DNA from: Patescibacteria group bacterium UBA6241
GTDB taxonomy: Bacteria > Patescibacteriota > Minisyncoccia > Phycocordibacterales > Phycocordibacteraceae
DNA: 64,000 bases
Direction of reading: 5' to 3'
Assembly (NCBI GenBank): GCA_002441425.1
Contig: DJWB01000001.1
Location: 224,602 to 288,601, forward strand
A program made the position numbers and the translations under genes. The notes under the pieces were generated by a model that was not told the origin of the DNA, searched no databases, and saw only the letters and a program-made list of their open reading frames with translations. Every line of letters starts with the position of its first letter. The stretch's first letter is position 1. Of this stretch, positions 44,959-55,133 are shown piece after piece.

Positions 44959-46230
44959 CTACCGACGCTTCCACTCACGTTCTTGGCGAACGAGACGCGA
45001 TGCATCTTCAGGGTTTCTGAGAAGCGCCTCAGATACCCGCTCCATACGCACAGACTGGGAACCTTTAACAAGAACCACATCATTTTCTGATACGAGATCA
45101 ACAAGGAGTGTCGCTGCATCCTGAGCTGTATCAACTGCATACGCCGCATCTTCAGAAAGTCCTGCTGTCTTCGCAGCTTCATAGGTAGCGCGCGAACGAA
45201 CACCCACAGCAACGAGCATGTCTGCCTTTTGGGCAACAAGAGTTCCAATTCGCGCGTGCTCTTCCTGAGAGTATCTTCCAAGCTCCAACATATCTCCCAA
45301 AACTGCGATACGTCTTCCCTTCTGCGGTATAAGAGAAAGCGAAGAAAGACCTTCTTCAACTGCTGCAGGAGATGCGTTGTATGAGTCGTCAATAATGTAC
45401 GAGTTGTGTATACCTAGAAGAACTCGTGCACGTCCAGGAGGAGCTACGTAGTTTGCAAGACCTGCAAGAACATCAGCGCGAGAGATGTTTAATGCCTTTG
45501 CAAGTGCCAGCGCTGCTGCTGGCGCATACAACTGAGGCCTTCCGAGTGCTCCTTGTACCTTAATCTCTTCGTTATCAATCTGTGCACGCATACCGCTCGC
45601 TTCTCCTTCAGCATAAAACTCAGGGCTGGCAATGCAGATGTCTGCATCTTTTGAGAATCCAAATGTAGTTACGGAAACAGGAAGTCTTGCTGCCATTGTC
45701 TTTGCATATGTATCCTCTGCACAAATAATCAACGGAGCTTCCGGGTTAAGCGCATACGCGGGAGTGAATTCTTCGTCTCGCACCGCCTGTGGTCCTTCAT
45801 ATGCCTCAACATGTACAGGCACATCGGGAAGTCTCGTGACAACAACTGCATCAGGCTTTGCAATGCGAAGAATTCGTTTTAGGTCTCCAGGCCTGTCTGC
45901 GCCAACTTCTAGAATTAGAAGCTTTGGATAGTGGCTTGGCAGCATGATAAGTGCGAGCGCTTCTTGGAATACGCCGAACCATGCAGCGGGATTCTCCCAA
46001 GGGTTCTTTGCACCGATAACCGTAAGAGGAAGTCCGAATTCGCTGTTATAGCTTTTCTCGCTTGCTCTCAGGAAATGGGTCTCAGAAAATGCCGCGGCGA
46101 GTGCGTCTTTCGTAGAGGTCTTCCCTACGCTTCCTGTAACCATAACTATCTGGGGCTGGTACTTGTTTAGAATCGCTCGCGCAAGAATGGCGAGAAATAC
46201 TGCTACCGGAGCTTTTAGGAGCTTTTTCAT
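44959..46230 (-). CDS. murF: UDP-MurNAc-tripeptide--D-Ala-D-Ala ligase (Mur ligase family)
   Basis: P-loop GSVGKTSTK and DDSYNASP signature. Confidence 0.75.
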   Translation of the reverse strand: MKKLLKAPVAVFLAILARAILNKYQPQIVMVTGSVGKTSTKDALAAAFSETHFLRASEKSYNSEFGLPLTVIGAKNPWENPAAWFGVFQEALALIMLPSHYPKLLILEVGADRPGDLKRILRIAKPDAVVVTRLPDVPVHVEAYEGPQAVRDEEFTPAYALNPEAPLIICAEDTYAKTMAARLPVSVTTFGFSKDADICIASPEFYAEGEASGMRAQIDNEEIKVQGALGRPQLYAPAAALALAKALNISRADVLAGLANYVAPPGRARVLLGIHNSYIIDDSYNASPAAVEEGLSSLSLIPQKGRRIAVLGDMLELGRYSQEEHARIGTLVAQKADMLVAVGVRSRATYEAAKTAGLSEDAAYAVDTAQDAATLLVDLVSENDVVLVKGSQSVRMERVSEALLRNPEDASRLVRQEREWKRR

Positions 46231-47960
46231 AGACTAGATGCGTATTCTGCCCTATCTGGCGGAATTTCGTAATAGTTAATCAAAAAGTGTGTGAGATCCA
46301 TGAATGGGTGTGTGAGCGTCTCAGATGCATACTGCACATTCTGTGGCTCACGTGTATACAAGAGAATAATGAACTTCGGATCGTACGCTGGGAAATACCC
46401 GAAGAATGAGTGGAAGTATCTTCCTTCTGCATACTTCCCGCCTGGCCCTGCAATCTGTGCTGTTCCTGTCTTTGCAGCGACACTCATCTCTGGAATACGA
46501 ACCGTTCCATTCGCAAGCTTTAGATCAACAACGTTAACCAACATGCGCGTAGTTTCTGCTGTTGCCTCAGCACCAAACACTCGTTCAGGCTGCCCCCATG
46601 ACAACTTCTTTTCAATACCAGATTCAAGACGCACCGAGCGGACAAGATGCGGGGTTACGATCTGTCCCTGATTTGCGAGAGCTGCGAGCGCACGCACCAT
46701 CTCAATGGGTGTTTGCGCGATACCCTGCCCGTACGAAGCAGTTGCGTATTCAATATCGCGAGGACTCGTTTCAATGTTGTCCAAGCTTCCTGAAATCTCA
46801 CTCGGCAAATCAATACCAGTTTCAGTCCCCATACCTAAATCCTTGAAATAGTGACGCATCTTTTCGTGCCCTACCTGGAGTGCGATGTATGCAGCTCCCA
46901 TGTTTAAAGACTGAGACAGTACTTGCTGCATTGGCGTTACACCGCGCGCCTTAAGGTCGTAATTGCAGAACGTCTTGTTATTAAGTGTTGTACACCCCGT
47001 ATCGTTATACGTTGAGTTAGCGGTTACTGCTCCTGAATCAAGCCCCGCTGCCATGGTGAGCGCTTTAACAATAGAACCGAACTCATACCGGTGCTCAACA
47101 AGAGGATTTCCAAAGTGCGTAGAGTCTCCATTCGCAAAATCATTCGCATTAAATGAAGGGGCTGTATCAAGTGCGATTATCTCCCCAGTCTTAGGGTCCA
47201 TGATGATTCCACCGGTCTCTCTACTTCCGTATTGAGTATTAACACTGAGGAGAATCTGATCCAGCTTTTCTTGCACCACTGGCTCAATTGTTGTTATAAG
47301 GTCTCCTTCGCGTGTCTCTCTTGCGTCAACAACAACACTATCAATGTTCGCAAAGAGTTCTGAAAAGAAGTTCCCAAACAATCCAACTGAGCCGCGACTT
47401 AATACATCGTTGTAGTAGCGCTCAAGTCCAAACCGCCCCGCAAGAGTATCGTCATCATCAAACGCAACAAATCCAATAGATTGTGCCGCACGTGTACTTC
47501 CTGGATAGGATCGCCATCGCTCTCGCTCCAGCTGTATACCCTCAATCTCAAGTGCTTCAATTGCCTGTCCCTGTTCTTCAGACACACGCTTTGCAACAAC
47601 TTCGTATGGATCGTCCGTACGAGCTGCTGACTCCATAAATACCGCCTCCTCAATAGGAATAATTGCAGAAAGCGCAGCATATGCTGCGCCTGGATCGGTT
47701 AGTCTCTTTGGTGTCATAGCAACGGTAAAGCCATTTGAAAGCGTCGCTGCTGAAATGATGGTGCCGTCCTTCCTGGTGAAATAAATACTTCCACGATCAT
47801 ACAGCTCCTGGCTCGCGGAAATGTATTGTCGTTCAGCACGTAGTGCAAAATCTGCACCATGAACTACTTGTACGAAATAAAGACGAGTTATGAGAAGTGC
47901 AGCAACAAGAATCAACCCAATGGATAGAATGCGCAGCCGTCCTCGTATCGCCCTACGCAT
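46227..47960 (-). CDS. ftsI: Division transpeptidase PBP (FtsI-like)
   Basis: N-terminal TM anchor and motifs SIVK, SQSLN-like, KTGTAQ. Confidence 0.85.
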   Translation of the reverse strand: MRRAIRGRLRILSIGLILVAALLITRLYFVQVVHGADFALRAERQYISASQELYDRGSIYFTRKDGTIISAATLSNGFTVAMTPKRLTDPGAAYAALSAIIPIEEAVFMESAARTDDPYEVVAKRVSEEQGQAIEALEIEGIQLERERWRSYPGSTRAAQSIGFVAFDDDDTLAGRFGLERYYNDVLSRGSVGLFGNFFSELFANIDSVVVDARETREGDLITTIEPVVQEKLDQILLSVNTQYGSRETGGIIMDPKTGEIIALDTAPSFNANDFANGDSTHFGNPLVEHRYEFGSIVKALTMAAGLDSGAVTANSTYNDTGCTTLNNKTFCNYDLKARGVTPMQQVLSQSLNMGAAYIALQVGHEKMRHYFKDLGMGTETGIDLPSEISGSLDNIETSPRDIEYATASYGQGIAQTPIEMVRALAALANQGQIVTPHLVRSVRLESGIEKKLSWGQPERVFGAEATAETTRMLVNVVDLKLANGTVRIPEMSVAAKTGTAQIAGPGGKYAEGRYFHSFFGYFPAYDPKFIILLYTREPQNVQYASETLTHPFMDLTHFLINYYEIPPDRAEYASSL

Positions 47961-47963
47961 AGA

Positions 47964-48242
47964 TTAGCGGCGTGAAAGCGCAGGTGCTTGTGCCTTAACT
48001 GCATAGCTCACGGAAACCGGTGCAACGAGCCCTAGAGAGCTTGGCTTCGCGGCGTCAATCTCGGAAACCATTTGGTAGTAAGTATTCTCAAGTTGCGCAA
48101 TCTTCCCTTCAGTTACATGCACCTCAACAGCAAGGTCTGTCTGCCACGCAGCTAGAGAGACCGTTACGATAATGAGAGCTAGGTATGCCACAACCAGAGC
48201 TGCACAAGAATATCCAAGAATTGAAATGGTTCGGTCAGGCAT
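47964..48242 (-). CDS. ftsL: FtsL-like small bitopic division protein
   Basis: TM segment plus a short coiled coil between rsmH and ftsI. Start taken at an internal Met; the tool ORF (to 48407) overlaps rsmH. Confidence 0.45.
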   Translation of the reverse strand: MPDRTISILGYSCAALVVAYLALIIVTVSLAAWQTDLAVEVHVTEGKIAQLENTYYQMVSEIDAAKPSSLGLVAPVSVSYAVKAQAPALSRR

Positions 48243-49185
48243 ACACAGGAAAGGAATGAAGATTAATAGATTTTTTTGGTGCAGGGGCTCCTGCTTCAAA
48301 CACACGCAACTTTGCACTACGCGCACGAGGATTTGCTTTGCACTCCGCCTCTGAAGGCACGAGGGGCTTACGAGACACCAAAGTGCCCTGCCCAGCCTGA
48401 GCTGCATCGCGGAACATGCCTTTCACAATCCGGTCCTCAATGCTGTGGAAAGTAATGACCGCAACACGTCCTGCATCTGGAACGCGCGTGAGCGCCGCTC
48501 CTACTCCCTCGCGAATAGCACCGAGTTCGTCATTTGTTGCGATGCGTAGTGCTTGGAATGTTTTTGTCGCTGGATGAAGACGGCGATGCTTGTACCAAGC
48601 TGGTGTCCCTGCTTCTATAGCGCTCACCAACTGGTGCGTAGTGCTAATTTCAGCTTCTTCCCTCGCCTCCACGATGCTCTTTGCAATTTTTCGTGAAAAT
48701 CGTTCTTCTCCTAGAGACCAAAGGAGATCTGCGAGAGATTCCTCAGAGAGATGGTTTACGAGATCACCTGCAGTTGTTGCAGTCTCTGGGTCTCCATACG
48801 TCATGAGAAGAGGCTCGTCAGCACGAAATGAGAATCCTCTTCCGTTTGCAAGCTGAAACCCACTCCATCCAAGATCAAAGAGGATCTTCGTGGGAGTAAG
48901 CTTCTGCTCGTCCAAAATCTCAGCAAGATCACGGAAGTTTCCATTTACGAGACGCACATCAGGACGTGATTCTTCTGGGGTTTCATCAACTACTGCTTGA
49001 GCTCGTACGAGCGCATCAGCATCTGCATCAATTCCCACGAGCACACCATCCTTTCCGAGCTTCTTTAGAAGTTCACGGAAGTGTCCTGCGCCTCCAAGAG
49101 TTGCATCAACTACTACGTCGTCAGGCTGCACCAAAAGCGCGTCTACGGATTCATTTAGGAGAACGGTTTCGTGACGAGCTTCCAT
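48235..49185 (-). CDS. rsmH: 16S rRNA m4C1402 methyltransferase
   Basis: N-terminal VLLNESVDAL...DATLGGAGH. Confidence 0.9.
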   Translation of the reverse strand: MEARHETVLLNESVDALLVQPDDVVVDATLGGAGHFRELLKKLGKDGVLVGIDADADALVRAQAVVDETPEESRPDVRLVNGNFRDLAEILDEQKLTPTKILFDLGWSGFQLANGRGFSFRADEPLLMTYGDPETATTAGDLVNHLSEESLADLLWSLGEERFSRKIAKSIVEAREEAEISTTHQLVSAIEAGTPAWYKHRRLHPATKTFQALRIATNDELGAIREGVGAALTRVPDAGRVAVITFHSIEDRIVKGMFRDAAQAGQGTLVSRKPLVPSEAECKANPRARSAKLRVFEAGAPAPKKSINLHSFPVYA

Positions 49186-49188
49186 ACG

Positions 49189-49623
49189 CTAGGTGAGGCC
49201 TTTCTGGCCGAGAGTCTCTGCAAACTGATCGGCATCTCTCTCAATATCTGTGGTGTACTGCTCCCATACCGGTTCGTCCCACAACTCAACACGATCTGAT
49301 ACTCCAGCAACAACACACTTTCCTGAAAGACCTGCGTAGGTTCGTAAGTAATCAGGTACGAGCACGCGTCCTGCACTGTCTACATCTGCTTCATTTGCTC
49401 CTGCAAGCATAAGGCGCGCGAATGCTCGTCCTGCTGCTCCTCCTGAAGAATGCTGTGCAAACTTCTGTGCTTCTTTCTTCCATGCAGCCTTTGGATACAC
49501 AAAGAGACAGTGATCCAAACCACGCGTCACAATTACAGAAGAACCTAACTCTTTCCGAAACTTTGCCGGAAGAGAGACGCGGTTCTTTGCATCAAGGGTG
49601 TGACGGTATTCTCCGATAAACAT
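49189..49623 (-). CDS. mraZ: Transcriptional regulator MraZ
   Basis: N-terminal MFIGEYRHTLDAKNRVSLPAKFR and duplicated SpoVT/AbrB-like halves. Confidence 0.85.
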   Translation of the reverse strand: MFIGEYRHTLDAKNRVSLPAKFRKELGSSVIVTRGLDHCLFVYPKAAWKKEAQKFAQHSSGGAAGRAFARLMLAGANEADVDSAGRVLVPDYLRTYAGLSGKCVVAGVSDRVELWDEPVWEQYTTDIERDADQFAETLGQKGLT

Positions 49624-49799
49624 AGAAGGTAGTTGCGCGAGATTTAGATGAAGAACATATATTCCCACTTCATCCCACTAGTAGCTAAGTATATGACACT
49701 TTGCCCCACTCTCCTCATCTCCCCTTCAGGAAATTGTGCATAACTATAATCACAAAAGGCCCGAATCTAGGGCCTTTTAATAACCTATTTGTGAGAAAT

Positions 49800-50543
49800 T
49801 TATCCTAAGAGCGCCGCAAATCTCGGTATAAGTGTGGAAGCTTCTGGAGAGGCCTTACTAACATCAGTTGGTTCAACACCCTCTGGCAAGTAGCCGGGTG
49901 AAAGCAGCAACTTTCTTGTGACATCTTGGGCAGTGAGCTCTGGATGAAACTGGAAAGTGTACATCTTCGGACCATAGCGAAGGCCACTAAACTTACACTG
50001 CGCTCCTGTAGCAATAAGTTCTGCTCCCTCAGGCAATGTAGTTAGGCTGTCTTTGTGGCCATACTGCGCAATAAAAGCATCAGGCATACCCGTAAAGAGA
50101 GGGTCTGATTTTCCCGTGTCTGTTAAGAGCACTTCGTGAGAACCTATCTTTTTCTGTGTGGGATCACACGATACTTTCCCTCCCTTCCATTCACCAATAA
50201 TCTGGTGCCCGTAACAAATACCGAGCGTAGGAATAGCATTTTGGAAAATATACTCAAGCAAAGGAGTTACCTGAGTGAGTATGGCTTGTGAAGTGGAACG
50301 AGCAGGGTCCTCCATTGCCCTTCCTCCATCAAAATCATATTCTCCAGAACCTCCGAAAATAACGCCTGCAGCGTCTTCAATAATTTGCTCAGGCATGTTC
50401 CAAGGGATAGATGCGTCAAGAGCATTCTTAAACACAGGGTAGTACTCAGTACCCGCGAGCGCACGAGTGTATTCTCCTTGCTCCCCTTCAACCATCTCTG
50501 GGCGGGTGCGGGATTGTATAACGAGAATCTTTTTCATAGTCAC
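49800..50543 (-). CDS. Class I glutamine amidotransferase-like protein
   Basis: Motif GICYGHQI with the nucleophile Cys, and a GATase1 fold pattern. Confidence 0.7.
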   Translation of the reverse strand: MTMKKILVIQSRTRPEMVEGEQGEYTRALAGTEYYPVFKNALDASIPWNMPEQIIEDAAGVIFGGSGEYDFDGGRAMEDPARSTSQAILTQVTPLLEYIFQNAIPTLGICYGHQIIGEWKGGKVSCDPTQKKIGSHEVLLTDTGKSDPLFTGMPDAFIAQYGHKDSLTTLPEGAELIATGAQCKFSGLRYGPKMYTFQFHPELTAQDVTRKLLLSPGYLPEGVEPTDVSKASPEASTLIPRFAALLG

Positions 50544-50616
50544 ACCGTATCATCTTAAGCTTCCTAATAAAAATCAGGCGATGGATATGTTCCACCGCCT
50601 GAGGCAAGATTACGCG

Positions 50617-51609
50617 CTACTCGCGAAACAGCAGCGGTCCCGTCACGGTCTGGTCGGTGCCATGGACGATGAGCGAATCAAGCGCCATCCACACTCCGCC
50701 CAGTGGCCTCCACTTGCCAGTGGCAAGATCAAAGCCGTAGAACATCCGATAGATCGCGTTACGCGAGGGCTCATGCAGAAGACGCATGGGCTCCACGAAC
50801 GGCTGCCGGTACATCTGTGACGTGGGTTGACTGCGAATCAGCTTCAAGAGCTGAGGGATGCTGTCCGTATCGCTCTTGCGCATCGGAACACCCCGTTCTC
50901 GCAGTTCCTGCTTCATGCCCTGAGGCAGGTGCACCTTGATGTGCCTGCTTCTGGTCCCCTGTACTGGCTTGAGCACACTCGCGCTTGCGAGCGCGGGCGA
51001 GATGTACCAGTCCAGATCTCCGTCATGTGTGGACGAGACCAGATCCCACCAGCCAAACTGGAGTCCGTACTGTTTGTTCCCCTCGTGAGAGATGGAACTA
51101 ACCGAGCGGTCCTCCAACTCGTGGAATTCGGTTTCCTCGGGCCTGCTTCTCGCGAGAAGCATTCCCTCATGATCTTTCGCTTCTTCAAGCGTCAGACCCG
51201 GACCGAAATGCAGTTCGTCATCGGTCGCCCGATAATTGCTCTGCACCCAGCGAATTGCTGGCCACGACGCTTGAACCCTTTTCAGGTTCTGGGCGAAAGC
51301 CGGATTGCAGAGTCCCGTGAGACCGAGGCCACACGGGCGCTCTTCAATCTCGTAGGGTCTGATCTGATTGTACACGTCCACGACGCAATCAATCCGCACG
51401 ATCAGAGAAGGCACGCCGCAGTGCTTGCCGACCCAGGTGTTCCCCACAGGAAACACGCGAGACCAGTCTTTCAGGATTTCTACGCCCTGAAAGACAGCTT
51501 CTGTGGGCATGTACTCCACCTCCTGCGACAAGTTGGTTCTCCACTCGCCGCCGTGGTGTTTGATAGCTCCCGAAGGTGCTTCAGCACCGGGAAAATCAAC
51601 TCCGTCCAT
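50617..51609 (-). CDS. Hypothetical protein (330 aa) on GC-rich cassette
   Basis: GC3-rich codons. SD GGAAGGAAG precedes the ATG. Bounded upstream by a 20-bp-arm palindromic terminator. No family recognised. Confidence 0.45.
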   Translation of the reverse strand: MDGVDFPGAEAPSGAIKHHGGEWRTNLSQEVEYMPTEAVFQGVEILKDWSRVFPVGNTWVGKHCGVPSLIVRIDCVVDVYNQIRPYEIEERPCGLGLTGLCNPAFAQNLKRVQASWPAIRWVQSNYRATDDELHFGPGLTLEEAKDHEGMLLARSRPEETEFHELEDRSVSSISHEGNKQYGLQFGWWDLVSSTHDGDLDWYISPALASASVLKPVQGTRSRHIKVHLPQGMKQELRERGVPMRKSDTDSIPQLLKLIRSQPTSQMYRQPFVEPMRLLHEPSRNAIYRMFYGFDLATGKWRPLGGVWMALDSLIVHGTDQTVTGPLLFRE

Positions 51610-51687
51610 TGAATACTTCCTTCCATAATTGAACGCGTTGCTGAGTATGTGAGAAGCTTCTGCTTCTGATAGAAAGAACTTCCTACC

Positions 51688-51733
51688 CTAGAAAAAGCGC
51701 GAGACCCATTGCTGGGTCTCGCGCTTTTTCTAG
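51688..51733. terminator. Perfect 20-bp-arm palindrome (ctagaaaaagcgcgagaccc-attgct-gggtctcgcgctttttctag), bidirectional terminator
   Basis: Read from the sequence. Sits between greA and the GC-rich cassette. Confidence 0.6.
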
Positions 51734-51885
51734 GAGTTTCTCTATCCAGAAATTTTACGCAGTGACCCAGGCCCTCTTCATAAAGAGAGTCCATAGGACA
51801 ACCACGTAAATCTGCTGGAAATAAGTCACCTAGTAACCTTATACCCAAAAAGAACCCTGTCAATAAGGGTTCTTGGGATAAATTC

Positions 51886-52356
51886 TTAGCTCACTTTCTC
51901 AATGCTGTACGTCTGCTTTCCGTTAGGAGTTTCAAACGTAAAGACGTCTCCCTTCTTCTTTCCCATGAGTGCCGCGCCAAGTGGAGAAACGTGCGAGAGC
52001 TTGTGTACACGCATGTCAGCTTCTTCGCTTCCTACAATAGTGTACTCGTGAGCCTCAGCACTTCCTTCTTTCTTAATCGTAACCGTGGAGGTGAATCCAA
52101 CTACATCTTTCTTCTTTCCGTCAGTAACAATCTTCGCTCGCTTAACCAATTCTTCTAGTTTGCGAATACGCTCCTCTGTTGCTGCTTGCAACTCGCGTGC
52201 TTCTTGGTATTCAGCATTCTCTGAAAGATCCCCAAGAGAACGTGCATACTCCAAGTTCTCCGCAATCTCTGTACGACGCACAGTTTTGAGTGTCTCAAGT
52301 TCCTTGAGCATTTCGTCAAACTTTTCCTGGCTAACGACGGTTTCCTGATCGGTCAT
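51886..52356 (-). CDS. greA: Transcription elongation factor GreA (canonical)
   Basis: Motifs GDLSENAEYQEARE and the C-terminal FKBP-like domain. Confidence 0.9.
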   Translation of the reverse strand: MTDQETVVSQEKFDEMLKELETLKTVRRTEIAENLEYARSLGDLSENAEYQEARELQAATEERIRKLEELVKRAKIVTDGKKKDVVGFTSTVTIKKEGSAEAHEYTIVGSEEADMRVHKLSHVSPLGAALMGKKKGDVFTFETPNGKQTYSIEKVS

Positions 52357-52426
52357 GTATGTAGTGAATGAATGATGGGCTTTGTAGCTGTATTCTACGG
52401 GCTCCTACGAAGCCGTCAAATAGTCT

Positions 52427-54178
52427 TTATTCAAAATATTCTGGAGCAGTTCTATGGAGCTCCGAGAGCGCATGATATGTCGCGTAAATACCCCCCACAG
52501 CATTCGTTGAGGGTCCTCGCTCCATAACCACCACATATACATACTTTGGTTTGTCGTATGGGAAGTATCCTACGGCCCAGGAGTTATAGAATTCATTATT
52601 AACCCCAAGCTGCGCAGTACCCGTCTTTCCTGCAAGTTCAACAAAGGAGAGATCTGAAAGTCCTATGGAAGTTCCCTCAGTTGCACCCAACCGCATTCCA
52701 TCCCTTGCAACCTGTAGTGCAGCTTGATCTACTGGAATACTCTTCCCTTCAAGTGGCGCATCTTTCACAAGAGTAGGACGGATCAATTTCCCGCCATTAG
52801 CAACAGCAGCAACAGCTCTCGCCGCTTCAAGTGGAGTTACCTGCATCGCGTACTGTCCAATGGCAGTGTTGTACGTATCTCCTACACGCCATGGTTCTCC
52901 GTATCGTTCTTCCTTCCACTCTGGAGTAGGTACAAATCCTTCCGCCTCTCCTTCAAGTTCAATACCGGTGCGCGAGGTAAATCCAAACAAGTCGTACCAA
53001 TATTTAAGTCGTGCAATCCCAAGTCCTCTAATTCCGTCATACCCTCCTCCTACGGCATAAAAGTACACGTCAGAGGACCATGCCACGGCACTGCGTGCGT
53101 TCATGGGACCATGCACTTTCCAGTCTTTAAAGATTGAAGGACGGGAAGGATCATATGGGTTGGGTATAGAAATAAACCCATTTGAAACAATAATGGTCTC
53201 GGGAGTAACCACTCCATCAGTAAGCGCTCCTGCAACTTCCATCGGCTTTACAATTGAACCAGGAGTATAGAGACCAGACACGGCTCTATCCAAATACACT
53301 TGTCGGGTATCTTTTTGGTACGACGCAATAAGTTCACTCGGACCACCCGAAGAGAGCACGTTAGGATCGTATTCAGGATACGAGACAAGTGCATGTACTT
53401 CTCCGGTGTTTACGTCCATAAGAATCGCAGAGCCGCCTTTGAAAGGAATACGGTCTGCAAGTTCCTGTATGGATCGTGCAAAGGCACGTTGCGCACGTGA
53501 GTCAATTGAAAGTGTGACCGTCTGGCCTTTCTCTGCAGGCTTAACTGTTCCAGAGGACTGAATCTTTCCAAGCGCGTCCTCCTCAACGAGCAATGTTCCA
53601 TTCTTTCCAGACAGTATGTCGTTCATCGCAGACTCAACTCCGCTCAATCCCTTTATTTCTGTATCATAGAACTTCCCTGACGAGTCTCTCTTTGGATACG
53701 ATACGTACCCGAGCAGGTGTGCAAATCCTGGAGATTCATACTTTCGCGTTACGAACCCATCATCTCCTGCTTCATTAAACACAAGCGCAACTCCATTGCG
53801 ATCAACAATAGCGCCACGCTCTGCAAACAATACTTGTGGGCGCAGTCTATTACGCTCGCTCTGTGCCGAGTACCGCTCTCCCTGCAACATTTGCAGATTC
53901 GCTGCCTGTGCGACAAGTGCAGTTAGTATGAGCACTGCAACAAGACCAATGCCCGCAAATGTATTCGGTGCGATAGGTTTTTCAAGACGCCCCTCAAGCT
54001 GTCCCGTATCAAATCCGGACAGGTTTGAAGAATCCAGAAATATTTCATCAGGATCAAGTTCCCGCTCTCTTCTCCTTCTTCGTCCTCTCCCAAATAGCAT
54101 TACTCTATGATACGCGTCTTCACGAAACGATGCACGAGGAGCGCAAAAGCCGTCGCACACGCTCCTCCTATAGCCCAT
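52427..54178 (-). CDS. mrdA: Penicillin-binding protein 2 (elongation transpeptidase)
   Basis: Motifs SIVKP, SSD (SxD/N) and KTGTAQ, downstream of mreBCD. The tool ORF N-terminus overlaps mreD; the real start is probably later. Confidence 0.8.
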   Translation of the reverse strand: MGYRRSVCDGFCAPRASFREDAYHRVMLFGRGRRRRRERELDPDEIFLDSSNLSGFDTGQLEGRLEKPIAPNTFAGIGLVAVLILTALVAQAANLQMLQGERYSAQSERNRLRPQVLFAERGAIVDRNGVALVFNEAGDDGFVTRKYESPGFAHLLGYVSYPKRDSSGKFYDTEIKGLSGVESAMNDILSGKNGTLLVEEDALGKIQSSGTVKPAEKGQTVTLSIDSRAQRAFARSIQELADRIPFKGGSAILMDVNTGEVHALVSYPEYDPNVLSSGGPSELIASYQKDTRQVYLDRAVSGLYTPGSIVKPMEVAGALTDGVVTPETIIVSNGFISIPNPYDPSRPSIFKDWKVHGPMNARSAVAWSSDVYFYAVGGGYDGIRGLGIARLKYWYDLFGFTSRTGIELEGEAEGFVPTPEWKEERYGEPWRVGDTYNTAIGQYAMQVTPLEAARAVAAVANGGKLIRPTLVKDAPLEGKSIPVDQAALQVARDGMRLGATEGTSIGLSDLSFVELAGKTGTAQLGVNNEFYNSWAVGYFPYDKPKYVYVVVMERGPSTNAVGGIYATYHALSELHRTAPEYFE

Positions 54179-54369
54179 AGCGGCAACACATGTACTCCTG
54201 GAGAGAAATACAATGCTTCAGCAAAAAGGCCCAGCGCAAACCCTGCGAACGGGAGCAACAAAGCTGCTGCAAGAAGGAGCAGTGCTGAAACGGGGTACGG
54301 AAAGAAAAAGAACGAGAGCACCGCACTCACGAGGACGACTATGCGGATCATGGCAGAATAGTTACCCAT
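54100..54369 (-). CDS. mreD: Rod shape-determining protein MreD-like small membrane protein
   Basis: Three-TM 89-aa ORF between mreC and pbp2. Confidence 0.45.
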   Translation of the reverse strand: MGNYSAMIRIVVLVSAVLSFFFFPYPVSALLLLAAALLLPFAGFALGLFAEALYFSPGVHVLPLWAIGGACATAFALLVHRFVKTRIIE

Positions 54370-55133
54370 GTCGTTGAGAAAGGATTTAGATACGGACGAA
54401 TGCCCACTGCAGAGCGTGGAGAAGAAGGATCATTCCCTACTGAGCTAACCACACCCACGGGCGCAAATGAGGAACCGTCTATATATACAAAATCTCCCTC
54501 TGAAACTCCTGACTCTCTTGCTGCAGTTGCAGTAAACGCTCCGCTTCCTTTGCCACTCAAGATAAGTGCCAGTCGCTCTTCCCCAACCCAGCTCGTCGTT
54601 TCGCGTGCGGGTGCTGAGTATAAGAGTACGCGTGCAGTGCGTTCAGTTACGCTTTCAATAGTTCCAAGCGGTACTCCTCCAGGACCAAGTACACGCATGC
54701 CTGGCCCAACTCCTGCGCTCTCTCCCTGATCTAGAACAAACGTGTCGTACGGAGACACTGGCGGACGAACAAGTACTGCTGCAAGTATTTCGTCAGTGCG
54801 TTCTGTGCGTGTGCCGAGCAACTTAGTTAAGTCTTGCACTTTTGCCTGAAGAGCTAGCTGCTCTGCCTTCAGAGCCGTATTTTCTGCAAGAAGCTCATCA
54901 CGCTCTTTGGTGAGGGTGGTTGCATTGCCAAAGAATGAAGTGGCGCTTTGTACATTTGCTGAAAGTGCAGCGCCCGTCTTCCAAAAAGGAGTACCGAGAG
55001 CGGCGAGTGCTCCAGGCGCAACTGCGCGCAGTATAAGAAACAGGACAGCAATACCCACTACAGACAGCGAGGCAGGACCTATCCAGGAATTGCCTATGAG
55101 CGAATTACGTTTTCGGGAGAATTGCGTCTTCAT
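54348..55133 (-). CDS. mreC: Rod shape-determining protein MreC
   Basis: TM segment, coiled coil, and a beta-rich C-domain. Position after mreB. Confidence 0.7.
   Translation of the reverse strand: MKTQFSRKRNSLIGNSWIGPASLSVVGIAVLFLILRAVAPGALAALGTPFWKTGAALSANVQSATSFFGNATTLTKERDELLAENTALKAEQLALQAKVQDLTKLLGTRTERTDEILAAVLVRPPVSPYDTFVLDQGESAGVGPGMRVLGPGGVPLGTIESVTERTARVLLYSAPARETTSWVGEERLALILSGKGSGAFTATAARESGVSEGDFVYIDGSSFAPVGVVSSVGNDPSSPRSAVGIRPYLNPFSTTWVTILP

Noticed and set aside
50827-51612. 261-aa plus-strand ORF opposite the 330-aa cassette gene
   Set aside because: Arg-rich antisense-type composition and no SD. The minus-strand ORF spans the whole island and has an SD.
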